A stretch of DNA of 63,885 nucleotides, filler included, from Reclinomonas americana ATCC 50394 (Eukaryota): NCBI GenBank assembly GCA_048213135.1. It is 6 parts of 3 records of this genome, joined end to end, with 100 filler letters (N's around TTAATTAATTAA, not from the genome) between each part and the next. Parts side by side here need not be neighbours in the genome. Positions count along the whole stretch, not along the records: positions 1 to 11,981 come from PS015501.1; positions 12,082 to 28,431 come from PS015501.1; 4 more parts are not named here. One strand, 5' to 3'. The notes below the pieces were generated by a model that saw only the letters and a list, made by a program, of their open reading frames with translations, was not told the origin of the DNA and made no database searches. This document shows positions 1 through 12,116 of this stretch, piece by piece. Both the position numbers and the translations under genes were made by a program. The stretch's first letter is position 1. Each line of letters starts with the position of its first letter.

Positions 1-1
1 C

Positions 2-403
2 GGCTCACGGGAAGGGGACAATGGAGAGGAGAGAGGCCAAGAAAGGAAGGCAATAGAAGACACAAGAAAGAGCGAAACGAGACGAAACGAGGTGAGGAAA
101 AGGAGAGTGGGAGGAGGCGTGAAGGATGCAAGTGAATAGAGACCAAGGAAGGAGAAAGGGACCGAAAAGGGAGGCCCTTGAAGCAGAGAGGTGAGGAGAG
201 TGAGAGAGGATGGAGGCGCGAAGGATGCAAGTGAAAAAAGATCAACGAAAAGCAACAAAGGGTGGCTCATGGGAAGGGACAATGCAGAGGAGAGAGACCA
301 AGAATGGAAGGCAATGGAAGACACAAGAAAGAGCGAAATGAGACGAAACGAGGTGAGGAAGAGGAGAGTGGGAGGAGTCGTGAAGGAAGCAAGTGAATAA
401 GAC
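2..403. repeat. Imperfect ~140-bp direct repeat (about 2-143 and 264-403) in purine-rich, probably intronic sequence
   Basis: ggctca(c/t)gggaagg(g)gacaatg...gaagacacaagaaagagcgaaa(c/t)gagacgaaacgaggtgaggaa...gcaagtgaata occurs twice. A minus-strand GTGAG donor lies at ~460. Confidence 0.75.
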
Positions 404-1495
404 CAACGCGAGTGGACAATGGAAGTGAGGAAGAACGAGAGACAAAACGTGAATCGCTCACCTGCTCAGTATATATGTGAGACACAAGAACACAGTCGGC
501 GTAGAGGCGGACAGGGAGAGATCTGAATGTGATGCTGGAGCGCGCCAGTGCGAGGCACATGCACACATCTCGTCGCCACGGCGCTCCGTCTCACACAACA
601 CAATGGACGGATGGTGCGATGACAGGCCTCACTCCCCTGCGACATGAGAGCGCATGTGTGAGCAAAGAAAAAAAGCCAGCCGGCACTCGTGTTGCACCAC
701 CATCAGCACACACCGATCGACAGAAAACGCGTGTGGGCATTCGAGCAGTCAAGGGACACCGCGGCAAGTGACAGGATGCCGCCCAGCAGCACCTGCTGCA
801 GTAGAGCATGTGGATCAGGCAAGTCGAAATGCGTCTTGCATCTGTCGCAGAAGTGGCATCATGCGTGTCAGTGCATGACCATGCTGGTCGCCCTCCCTTC
901 AACCTCAAATCGCAAACGATCCTCTTCTCTCTCTCTCTCTCTCTCCACTCCTCTCACCGCTCCCGTCAACTCACCCCGCACGTGTGTATCGTCGAACACC
1001 ACCAGCATCATCAGCTGCTGTGGAGGAGTGCGTGACGGTCAATCAACGCAGAGTCGCCAACAGGAAGAACAAGATGCGCCACATTGCGAATCCGGCGGTG
1101 GCCGACGACTGGCGCCGGCTCACACGAGCTCCCATTGATATCACGCCGGCTGACAAGCGACGGTCGAATGGCACCGCTCTCACACAGAATCATCGCCTGC
1201 AGGCGGAGAGCGCGATAAAGTGAGAGTGGGCGCAGAATTGGGCGAAGAAAGAGGGCGTAGAGAGTGAATCGGTGAATCTGAAGCGAGAGGGAGACAGAAG
1301 AAGGCAACGGTGGCATGGCGGACAAGGGGGGAGAGGGGGGAGAGCGAAGATGCGAAGGAAGAGAAAGCAGNNNNNNNNNNNNNNNNNNNNNNNNNNNNNN
1401 NNNNNNNNNNNNNNNNNNNNNNNNNNNNNNNNNNNNNNNNNNNNNNNNNNNNNNNNNNNNNNNNNNNNNNNNNNNNNNNNNNNNNNNNNNNNNNN

Positions 1496-1988
1496 AACAC
1501 ACTTTGTTGACGGTGGTGGTGACGCAGGCGTTGGAGAGACCGGCGTTGAGTGCGGCCTGACGCGCCGGAGCCTGTCCGAGGCCGCTCGACACCACATTGC
1601 CCATAAACACCTCATGCACCTCGCTCGCCACAATGCCTGCACGATCCACGGCCGACTTGATGGCGGCGGCGCCGAGTTTGGTCGCCGAGAAGCCGGCCAA
1701 TGAGCCCTGGAACGAACCAATCGGAGTGCGAGCCACCGACACAATCACACATTCCTGCAACGATTACATCATGGTCAGCACACCACAAACTCCGTGCTCT
1801 TTCTCACACATACATGCACACTCCGAGATGCGGAAAAAGACGACAAAAGTGACGGCAATGTCGCACATCGCCTCTCCCTCGTTGCAACGCACAGACGCCA
1901 CACGCTGTATGAGAACACACACACACTCACGAACCTTCAGATTCGGCACTGTGGCCAGTGAGCGACGCGTGACAAGCGCTCGCAACAT
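1496..1988 (-). CDS. ACAT1: Acetyl-CoA acetyltransferase (thiolase), mitochondrial; 5' part only, truncated by N gap
   Basis: Exon 1 (1988-1935) MLRALVTRRSLATVPNLK resembles a presequence. Exon 2 reads ECVIVSVARTPIGSFQGSL...EVFMGNVVSSGLGQAPARQAAL...TTVNKVC, the thiolase N-terminus up to the catalytic Cys. Confidence 0.92.
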
Positions 1989-2055
1989 TGCACAAAATCT
2001 CGATGGACGGAGTGGACGCTGAAGCTGCCCCCCTCTCTCTCTGTGTTTTGCGCAA

Positions 2056-2884
2056 ATGACGACGAAGCTGTCGGGCTCGTCCGCTCGGTACAAGCTGCTG
2101 GTGCAGCTGCTCTCTGGTCACTCCAGGTGAAGAGGAAAAGGCAGAAGAAAGTGTGAGGGCTGTGATCGGCGTGGAGATGGCTCCTGTCTCCCCCGCCTCC
2201 CGTCTCTCACACACTCAGAGAGACACGCACTCTTTCTCTTGTAGTTGTTGCTGTTGTCTGTGTTGTTGTTGTCTGTGTTGACTGGGAAGAGGGGTGGGCG
2301 CGCGGAAAAAGGAGATGTCGCGCTTGTGTGGGTGTTGCCTCTCTCTCTCTCCACCACTCGTGCACGCAAACAGAGAGACAGAGAGATAAGAGTGTGAGAG
2401 AGAGAGAAAGAAAGAAAGAGAGATGTATCGCAATGTTATATCTGATTTGTGTCATTTTGGACGACGCTCTTCCTTCTCACTCTCTCTCTCTCTCTCTGTG
2501 TGTGCAGGTACGCCAAGGCGATTGCGGAGAGTTGCAAACCCAGTGAGCACGATGGACTTGCGCATGCACTGGTGGCAACCACATCGGGAGTCGGAGGCAC
2601 TTTGGCCATTATTCGCGACATTCTCGCACTCGAGTTTGAGAAGAAGGTGCATGCGCCGCACACCATCCTGCGAGTCAACTCTATTGCCTCAAAGATCCTT
2701 GGCTTGTACACTCGTTGCGTCTGTCTCTCCCACTCTTTCTCTCTATTGAGCATCCCTGTCATGACTCCTCACTCCTCCTCTGCAACAGGTAAGCTCGGCC
2801 TCGTCTACCTCAAGGACTGCATCGGTGCGCCGATTGTGGAGCTGTGTGAGCTCAAGGACTTTAGCATGGAAGTGGATCCCGAGT

Positions 2885-2923
<39 letters not shown>

Positions 2924-4137
2924 CCTCCTGCCTCCCTCTCTCGCCCTTGCTTGGCTCATGCGCGCGATCGTGCAGCAAACTCGGTGGCGACACGGAACTG
3001 GCCGCCCGCAACACGGAGGAGCTGACGCGCTGGTGCCAGCTGCTACTCGACGCCATTATCGATGAGACGAGGCGGAAGGAGATGCCGCGCGAGATTAGGG
3101 CGCTGGCGTTTTACATTCTCGACTTGGGCGAGAAGCACCGCTTGTCGGAGAAACCCGGCTGCTCGGTGGTGACGCTGATTGGTGGATTCATTATGCTGCG
3201 CTTCTTTTGCCCGGCCATCACGCTGCCGTCGTCGTATGGCATCCTGCCGGAGGACAAGTTGCCGACACCGGGTGTGCGACGCAATCTCACGCTGATCACC
3301 AAAGTGTTGCAGGTGTGTCTGTGTATGCTCATTGACTCGCCTCTCCTCTCTTCGGTGATTCACAACGATTGTGCCGCAGAAAATGTCCAACGGTGAGACG
3401 TTTGACGATGCGGAACCGTACCTCAAGCCCATGAACAAGTTCATCCGTCGCAATGCCATGCGGTTGAACAACTACCTCGTGAAGATCTGCGAAGATCCGC
3501 TCGGATCTGGTGAGTGACATCGTGCACATTCTCGCGTATTCCCACGCTCACTCACTCACTTCCTCCTCTTCCCTCTTCTTCTCTCCTCTGTCAGGCTTGG
3601 CGGAGCCATTTGCCGATGTCGACCCGCCCGTGTCGTTTGAGGTGTTGCATTTCAAGGAGTTCGACATGAAGGATCTCATCTTTATCCACCGCGTGCTCGA
3701 CCGGTGTGCAAAGGAAATCATTGTGCGTGTACAGTCGTATTCTCTAGAGGCCACTGGCGAAGGTGCGCTTTTGTGTGTTTTCTGCTTCTGCCCTCGGATG
3801 GTGTGTAATTAATTGGTGATGTTGGCTTGCAGCGGCGCGCGGGTTCTTGTCGTCGGATGCCGATTTTGTGAAGTTGATTGGCGACCTCGGCCCACCGCCA
3901 CCAACCAAGAGGCGCGGCACGACGGCGGGCGAAACAGAGGGTGGTGACGATGATGGTGCCGGTGGGAGTGGCGTGTCGGCGGAGGACCGCACACTCGACC
4001 TGGTGGACATTGGCTTGCGGAACCTGCTGGAGAACTCCGACAAGTTCGACACGTCGGTGCTGGAGGCTGCTCGCTTTTTCTATCGTCGCGGCGCCTCCAA
4101 GCTCGGTGTGCCGGTGTTCTACTTGATTATGCACAGG
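2056..4137 (+). CDS. Neurofibromin-like RasGAP (RasGAP domain then start of Sec14/CRAL-TRIO); multi-exon, 3' end in gap
   Basis: ILRVNSIASK (arginine finger), GGFIMLRFFCPAI (FLR motif), RRNLTLITKVLQ and EPYLKPMNKFI. FFYRRGASKLGVPVFYLI matches the NF1 Sec14 start. GT-AG introns restore the frame. Confidence 0.88.
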
Positions 4138-4529
4138 TGAGGCTACACTTCTTTGTTCTCCGCTCTCTCTCTCNNNNNNNNNNNNNNNNNNNNNNNNNNN
4201 NNNNNNNNNNNNNNNNNNNNNNNNNNNNNNNNNNNNNNNNNNNNNNNNNNNNNNNNNNNNNNNNNNNNNNNNNNNNNNNNNNNNNNNNNNNNNNNNNNNN
4301 NNNNNNNNNNNNNNNNNNNNNNNNNNNNNNNNNNNNNNNNNNNNNNNNNNNNNNNNNNNNNNNNNNNNNNNNNNNNNNNNNNNNNNNNNNNNNNNNNNNN
4401 NNNNNNNNNNNNNNNNNNNNNNNNNNNNNNNNNNNNNNNNNNNNNNNNNNNNNNNNNNNNNNNNNNNNNNNNNNNNNNNNNNNNNNNNNNNNNNNNNNNN
4501 NNNNNNNNNNNNNNNNNNNNNNNNNNNNG

Positions 4530-5130
4530 ACGACCTCGAACGCAATCGGGAAATTCAGCGTCTCCGACAAGACACACGCTTGGAACAACACGTCCAACAT
4601 GTCGTTCCGCTCCTGCTCCCCGTCCTATGTGAGCTACTCCACGCCAGAGGAGCCACAGTGTATCGCAAGAAACGCAACATCTTCCGAGTTCGGGGTCAGG
4701 AATATTGATTCCACCTGGGCCTCGGCACCACCCGCACTACTGCCGCCTGCCGCTTCGACGGCAAACAGATCTACGACCACGCAACACACACACACACACC
4801 AATCAGTCAGCACGCATCGGATGGGATTGTTGCTTCTCTGCTGCTACTCGTACCTTGTGGGGACTTGATGCGGAACTCAATATCCAGCTGCTCTGGGGTG
4901 TACAGAATTTGGTCGAGATCCGCAAACGCCACCTCCAGCTGCAGGTTCTTCTTCGTGTCAAAAATGCCCACACAGTTCGGCATCAGCTTGAGGAGCCGAT
5001 CGCGCTTCTTCGGGCTCTTGGTGTCCCACGTTTGCACTTGATACCACACGGGTCGCCACATACGCGACTGCATCGGCAGGAACAGCTGCGCACAACACAA
5101 GGCATAGGTCAGCAGCGGACAAACAACAGC
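4530..5130 (-). CDS. PH-like exons, probably the continuation of the NF1-like gene on an inverted contig
   Basis: QVQTWDTKSPKKRDRLLKLMPNCVGIFDTKKNLQLEVAFADLDQI...EQERNDMLDVLF has a PH-type strand/helix pattern. The segment is bounded by N gaps on both sides. Confidence 0.5.
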
Positions 5131-5483
5131 NNNNNNNNNNNNNNNNNNNNNNNNNNNNNNNNNNNNNNNNNNNNNNNNNNNNNNNNNNNNNNNNNNNNNN
5201 NNNNNNNNNNNNNNNNNNNNNNNNNNNNNNNNNNNNNNNNNNNNNNNNNNNNNNNNNNNNNNNNNNNNNNNNNNNNNNNNNNNNNNNNNNNNNNNNNNNN
5301 NNNNNNNNNNNNNNNNNNNNNNNNNNNNNNNNNNNNNNNNNNNNNNNNNNNNNNNNNNNNNNNNNNNNNNNNNNNNNNNNNNNNNNNNNNNNNNNNNNNN
5401 NNNNNNNNNNNNNNNNNNNNNNNNNNNNNNNNNNNNNNNNNNNNNNNNNNNNNNNNNNNNNNNNNNNNNNNNNNNNNNNNNNN

Positions 5484-6295
5484 ACTGGCCGGCCCCGCGC
5501 TGGCCAAGGAGAAGGCCGTGGATGGTGTCGGATCGCGCTTGTCGTACGATTTCGGGCAGCGCATGACCGAGCTGCGCGAGGCGTTCTCACAGCTGGATGT
5601 GGACGACTCCGGTTCCGTGCCGGTGCAGGAGGTGGAGAACTCGATTCGCGCCCTCGGCCTCAACTTGTCGTTGCGTGCCTCCAGATTGCCGTCGCGAATG
5701 TTCTTAGCATGTATATACTCACGAGTGGGATTGTGGGTACAGACCACAAGAAATCGACGTGCTCCTCAGCCGCCTCGATCGCCACAAAACCGGCGTCGTG
5801 TCCTTTGACGAATTTTTGCAAAGCTGGCTAATGGCCACCGGTCGCATGTACGAAGATGCGACGCTGCCGCGACGCGCTCCTGCTGATTCTCCGGGCTCGC
5901 GATTGCCACCACGGCGGTTATCGCTGGCCACCGGTCGCTCCGACAGCTTCAGCAGCAGCGGTGCCGGCACACCGCCTGCCTTTGCACTACCGTCACCCAT
6001 GGCTGTCGGTGGCGGTGCATCATCACCGGTGGTCGCCGCCGGCGAGTCGCCATTTGCCGCAGATGGAAGTGCTGTGGCGTTGGCCCCCGCGTCCGCTGCT
6101 TCGGCGGCGGCAGCAGCAGCAGCAGCCGCTTCGCCGGCATCCAGCAATGGCAGTGGCAATGGCGGCGCAAGTCCGTCGCTGCTCGCACGGCGCGGCAGTC
6201 TCGGTCGCGCACCAGCCACACCTCCGCTAAACCCCCGTTTGTCGTTGGCGTACAACCAGCCGATCGTGGACCCGTCATTGGCGACGGGTGTTTGA
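5484..6295 (+). CDS. 3' fragment: EF-hand pair plus Ser/Ala/Pro-rich tail
   Basis: ELREAFSQLDVDDSGSVPVQEVENSIRALG and LDRHKTGVVSFDEFL. An intron begins at 5670; stop at 6293-6295. Confidence 0.8.
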
Positions 6296-6760
6296 TGCGG
6301 AATGAAGGTGCACCAATATTTTCCGCAACACCAATCAACTGGTGACCGTTAAAATCGGACAACTCGTATCTCCATATCGTCCCGAAATCGCATCAGCACG
6401 CGTTCTCGTTGTGACTCACGCCCGCCTGCGGACAGACAGACAGAGACACACGCACACGATGAGAGCGAACGAGCAACCGCCCTCCACTCGCGGTTTCCAA
6501 TGGACAAGCACACACTTGGAAACCGCCGTATAATAACGCCACTGTTGACTGCGCCGACAAGCGAAATGTCGTTTCTCGTTGATGTGCATCATCAGAGCTT
6601 CATCATCGACCGGGTTGTGAGCGCAGGCTAAGAGGGAATTGTCAAACACGCACCTTCACACTACCACACACTCAGCCGCGTGCCTCCGCAACGGACTCCT
6701 GTCATCATCGACATACACAACAACTCGATTCGCGAGAGAGAGAGAGCAAGAAAGAGAGTG

Positions 6761-8687
6761 ATGCGACCAGAGATGATGGAACAACAACAGCAGCAGCAGG
6801 TGTGTGTGTGCGCACACGTGCCTCCTTCTTTCTCTCCATTGTGCTCACTGGCACGTTCTCCTCGCAGCACATGCGCCGAATGGCGCAACAACAACAGCAG
6901 TTGTCGGAGGATGATGCTCGTCTGCGCCGAGTGGCGCGCGTGGCCGCCGACGCTGTGCAGATCGCCCTCGAAGGCACCCCCGTCGACAAGTTCATCTTCC
7001 ACAAGCTGGCACGCCGTGCACACAAGCGCTTCCTCCAGTTGTCTGCGGTGTGTGCCAGTCGCCCTTCCTCTTCGTTGTTGCCCTCGTCTCACTCGATGCA
7101 CAGGATCGCACTGCAGTGCACTGGTCAAGCAAGCCTGGCGGCCGCTCGCGAGGCTCCGTGGCCGTGGCCACGATTGAGAAGATCTTGCCTGGTGCGCAGA
7201 CGGTGGCGTTCAAGAGCAGCCCCGGCTACCTCGAATCACAAGAGAGTTGCGTCTCCCTTATTGTTCCTTCCATGATGCGACCACGGCGTCTCATGTGTGC
7301 TCTGCTGCCAGTGCACGACTCGTGCTTTAGCATTGTGACCACCGGTCGCACACTGGACGTGCGCATGCCCGACAAGCAGACTCGCGATCAGGTAAAAGAA
7401 CGATGATTTTGCGATTGATATCAATTCGGTTAATCGCTGGCGGCGTGCTCACACACATGCTCTCTCTTGCAGTGGGTTCTTGGCTTGCTGTCGCTGCGAT
7501 TTGGTCTCGGCTTCCTGCTGGAGCTCAAGGGCGCCCAGGGTGCGCACAGCAGTGGCGGTCTGGTTCGCATTCCGAACGACGTGGCCGAGCGTGCGCAGAA
7601 GCGCCGATCGCTGTACCCGTCGGCAAGGCGGCAGGCGCTGCAGGAGGGACAGGCGATGGCCATTGAGGGCAACCTGGCTCCGATTGCGGCTCCCTCACCA
7701 GTGCGCCCTGATCGGCGTCACCCGCATGCCAGCGAGGTGCGCGAGGCTCGCCACCGTCGCATGCATTCGGAGGACAACGACGCCGATCCGGACGCCGGTG
7801 ACAACACCGAGTCGACCCTGTCGTCGGTGGCCGACGATGCCGCGTGGACGGAGGAAACCGAGGTGGACGAGGTGCTCCGCGCCCTTGCGCGCCAGTTCCG
7901 CTGGCCGTCTGGCTTCCTGACGTCGATGCGCACCACCATGCAAGACGCTTTCTTGTACACGATTCGTGACCTGCGCCAACGCTGGAGCGAGCTCACCGCC
8001 GTCGGCGTGCCTGTTTCCATCAAGCTGCTGGTGCGCGACGCGCTGCGCGATCACGGCCTCGAGCTGCTGCCGGTGGCTGCCGGCTCGCACTCGGCGCCCG
8101 CCAGTCTCACCGTCGCCACTGGACCGGCTGCCTCGGCCGCCCTGCTGCAAGCACCAGTGGTCGGCAGCCGACCACGCAGTGTCAGCAACTGCAGCAGTGC
8201 GTCGAGCCTCAGCACCGTCACCTCGGCCACGGCTTCGGTGGCCGAGTCGACCCGCGCCTGCGCCAGCGCACCCACGTCACCAACACTGGCCTCCGCCGCC
8301 GCCCCACCGGCCACACCCAAGGGTCCGGCGACACAAAAAGAGCGTGAGCGCATGCGCCACCTGCTCAAGGCGATTCCCGAGCACTGGATCTGCCCGCTGT
8401 CGCGCGAGATTTTCCGCGACCCTGTTGCCACACTGGTGTGTAGTGCATGCATCCTTCTTCATTTTCTCGTTTTTCGTGCGTGACGGATTCGCTGACATTG
8501 CTTTTTCTCTGTGCAGGACGGTCATTGCTATGAGCGCGAGTACATTGAGAACTGGTTCCTGCGCGGCCACAATACGGACCCGCTCACCGGCATCACTCTC
8601 GAGCTGACGTACCTCGTGCCGGTCCACGCTCTGCGCCAGTCCATTGAGGCATGGCGTGAGCAGGTCGGTCTGGACGAGGACCAGTAA
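6761..8687 (+). CDS. PH (PLC/Mcp5-type) + SAM-like + U-box E3 ligase; start uncertain
   Basis: PH: HKRFLQLSA...CFSIVTTGRTLDVRMPDKQTRDQ|WVLGL. U-box: IPEHWICPLSREIFRDPVATL|DGHCYEREYIENWFLRGHNTDPLTG...LVPVHALRQSIEAW. Stop at 8685-8687. Confidence 0.85.
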
Positions 8688-8970
8688 TGCGACCATTTTC
8701 ACGTGCAGAGAAAAAGAAAAAGAAAAGATAAGCGGCAAGAGAGTTGCTGCTGCAGGAGAGAGAAAAAGAAACCCACCATTGTTTGCTGTGCAGTTAGAAT
8801 TTGTAAAAGACATGCTTGTAGATGTACGAATGTTATTCACACGGAGCGAATAGTTTATTGGCGTTGCACACAACACACACAGCACTTCCCCCAAACAAAA
8901 TTAAAGGAGCGGGAGGGGGGCCATTGGCAGCAGCGACAATGAGCATGCATNNNNNNNNNNNNNNNNNNNN

Positions 8971-9418
8971 AGGTGTTCCACCAGGCTGGCGAGGTACGCG
9001 CACGTGTGCATCATGACACGAGAGAGAAAGGATGCGTCGGTTACTTAACTCTCTCTTTGCGTCTGGCAGTGGATGGATGTGTCGCCACCGCGTGATGCTT
9101 TCATCATCAACCTCGGTGATTTGATGCAGCGGTGGACCAACGATCGCTGGAAGAGCACGCTGCACCGTGTGGTGAATCCGGAGCTGGTCGGCGAGGTAAG
9201 AGTGGAAAGGAGGGAAGAATCGTCTTTGTGTTGACCTGATGATGCGTGTTGTGCAGGGCTCGAACCGCCGCCAGTCCATTGCCTTCTTCCACAACATGAA
9301 TCGCGACCTGCTCATCGAGTGCATCACTGGCGACGGCGAGGAGGCCAAGTACCCACCCATCACGGCCGGCGAGCACCTCATGGCCAAGCACCGCCGAGCA
9401 ATGGGCCACGACAAGTGA
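8971..9418 (+). CDS. 2OG-Fe(II) oxygenase (IPNS/DIOX family), C-terminal exons on the opposite strand to the rest
   Basis: WMDVSPPRDAFIINLGDLMQRWTNDRWKSTLHRVVNP...RRQSIAFF contains the distal His and the RxS motif. Confidence 0.9.
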
Positions 9419-9476
9419 GCACGCCGGGGACGGACGCGCATCGTCGTCGGCGGTGCNNNNNNNNNNNNNNNNNNNN

Positions 9477-10280
9477 GCAGGCCAGCGGGCGAATCACCGC
9501 CCTGCTTGAGAATCGTCAATGAGCCGTAATCTGCATGTTTCACGTGCGTGTGAGTTATGCAGCACTCTTCACTTTCCCCGTCCGCACACACACACAGCGC
9601 ACCAGTGTGCTGCGAAGCGCGAATGGAGCCCGGCGCTGGCGGCTGATCCTGATGCGGATAATTGAGCGAGCGCAGTGCCGACAAGTGACGATCGATCTTG
9701 TCCTCAAAGTAGTCGGCCGGCAGACGCAGCGCCAGCGCGAAAATGCCCAGCAACCGCGACGCCAGCTGCTCCATGGCACGATAGTAGGCCGTCAGTGCCG
9801 GCGCGAGCGACTCGGGACGCGGCGGCCACCGCGGCTCCGGCATCTCGGGATCGCGATTGCGCTCGCTGCCGAGCGCAATCTGAAACGTCTCCTTGTTGTC
9901 GGGCACAGCACCGTAGCCGCCGACTCCACCGCCACGCGAGCGCGCCAACAGCTCGCCACTCTCGTACCCGTACGGATACTCGGGAGTCATCACCACCTCG
10001 TTCTTGGTCTCCGCCGGCAAATCAAAAAAGTCGCGCGATGACTGCGCACAGTGCGTGTGTGTGTGAGCATCGCGCATGGATGCAAGGATACGACATTAGA
10101 AAAAGGGTACCTCAAACGCATCGCGAATGATGCCCTCGGGGACGCCGTGGCCGAGAATCACCATAAAGCCGACCTTTTCGCATGCCTCGCGCACCTGCTC
10201 GACCACCGACTGCCGATCGGCCTCTGACGCACCCGCCGCGAAAAACGGCGCAAGATCAATCACCGGGACCGGAAGCTCAG
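9477..10280 (-). CDS. 2OG-Fe(II) oxygenase (IPNS/DIOX family), N-terminal and central exons
   Basis: VPVIDLAPF...VREACEKVGFMVILGHGV, FFDLPAETK, DNKETF, LRSLNYP and HT|DYGSLTIL (HxD). Confidence 0.92.
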
Positions 10281-11649
10281 NNNNNNNNNNNNNNNNNNNN
10301 NNNNNNNNNNNNNNNNNNNNNNNNNNNNNNNNNNNNNNNNNNNNNNNNNNNNNNNNNNNNNNNNNNNNNNNNNNNNNNNNNNNNNNNNNNNNNNNNNNNN
10401 NNNNNNNNNNNNNNNNNNNNNNNNNNNNNNNNNNNNNNNNNNNNNNNNNNNNNNNNNNNNNNNNNNNNNNNNNNNNNNNNNNNNNNNNNNNNNNNNNNNN
10501 NNNNNNNNNNNNNNNNNNNNNNNNNNNNNNNNNNNNNNNNNNNNNNNNNNNNNNNNNNNNNNNNNNNNNNNNNNNNNNNNNNNNNNNNNNNNNNNNNNNN
10601 NNNNNNNNNNNNNNNNNNNNNNNNNNNNNNNNNNNNNNNNNNNNNNNNNNNNNNNNNNNNNNNNNNNNNNNNNNNNNNNNNNNNNNNNNNNNNNNNNNNN
10701 NNNNNNNNNNNNNNNNNNNNNNNNNNNNNNNNNNNNNNNNNNNNNNNNNNNNNNNNNNNNNNNNNNNNNNNNNNNNNNNNNNNNNNNNNNNNNNNNNNNN
10801 NNNNNNNNNNNNNNNNNNNNNNNNNNNNNNNNNNNNNNNNNNNNNNNNNNNNNNNNNNNNNNNNNNNNNNNNNNNNNNNNNNNNNNNNNNNNNNNNNNNN
10901 NNNNNNNNNNNNNNNNNNNNNNNNNNNNNNNNNNNNNNNNNNNNNNNNNNNNNNNNNNNNNNNNNNNNNNNNNNNNNNNNNNNNNNNNNNNNNNNNNNNN
11001 NNNNNNNNNNNNNNNNNNNNNNNNNNNNNNNNNNNNNNNNNNNNNNNNNNNNNNNNNNNNNNNNNNNNNNNNNNNNNNNNNNNNNNNNNNNNNNNNNNNN
11101 NNNNNNNNNNNNNNNNNNNNNNNNNNNNNNNNNNNNNNNNNNNNNNNNNNNNNNNNNNNCCATTCTGCGACAGGAGAAGAGTGAGTGTGAGAGAGAGAGA
11201 CGCGTGAGTGCAAAGAAAGGCGAGGCAGAACGTTTCTCCGTGTGCCGACATGTTGCGCGTGTGTTGTGTGTGTGTTTTGTGTGTGTAAGAATGTGTGTGT
11301 GTGCGCGCGCAAGAAGTAGAAAAAAAGATGCGAGTATAGCGCAGCCGCGGAGGGGATCTTTGCATCCAGGCGGGAATGATGCGTCGCATGATGCTCTCAC
11401 CTTGTTTCGTTGCGAACAGTGTCGATGAGGAAATTGCAGTCGGCGACGTTCTCCACTGGTGGAGCAACAGAAGGCCGCCCAGTAACTCATCTTTTTTTTT
11501 GCGCGTGCTTCTCTCTCTGCGTGTCTGTGTGTTGCTTGTTGCGCAGAGTGGGTGCATCGACGTCGATGAACGTCGCGCACCACCAACCACCCGACTTCGG
11601 GTTTCCGACTTCGCTTGAGAACAGACGGAGCAGCTTCTATCCTCACGCA

Positions 11650-11946
11650 ATGTCCATTGCGATTCCGGAAGGCTCGCCCACTGCTGGTGGCAGTGGCGCA
11701 GTGTCAGTGAGCACGCCTCCATCACGCGCAGGCGGGTCTCGCGATGACGCAACAGCAACAGCCGCAGGTGGCAGTGGAACAGTAGGCGGAGGAAGTGGAT
11801 CATCATCAGCTGCTGCTGCTGGTGCTGGCGCAGCAAGTGGAAAGTACGAGGAGAGTCCGATTGCCATGCAGCGCCTCTTCAATAAGCTGGATGTGGTGTG
11901 TTGTGTTTGTGTGTGTTTTGTGTGTGCGTGCTTGCTTGTGGTGCTC

Positions 11947-11981
<35 letters not shown>

Positions 11982-12084
11982 NNNNNNNNNNNNNNNNNNN
12001 NNNNNNNNNNNNNNNNNNNNNNNNNTTAATTAATTAANNNNNNNNNNNNNNNNNNNNNNNNNNNNNNNNNNNNNNNNNNNNCTA

Positions 12085-12116
<32 letters not shown>

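Noticed and set aside
461..1370. Continuation of thiolase or another gene left of the first gap
   Set aside because: No thiolase C-terminal motifs are present. Possible minus-strand exons exist, but I could not build a supported model.
10096..11836. Long ORFs of 340-520 aa in the ORF track
   Set aside because: They consist mostly of X residues from N gaps.
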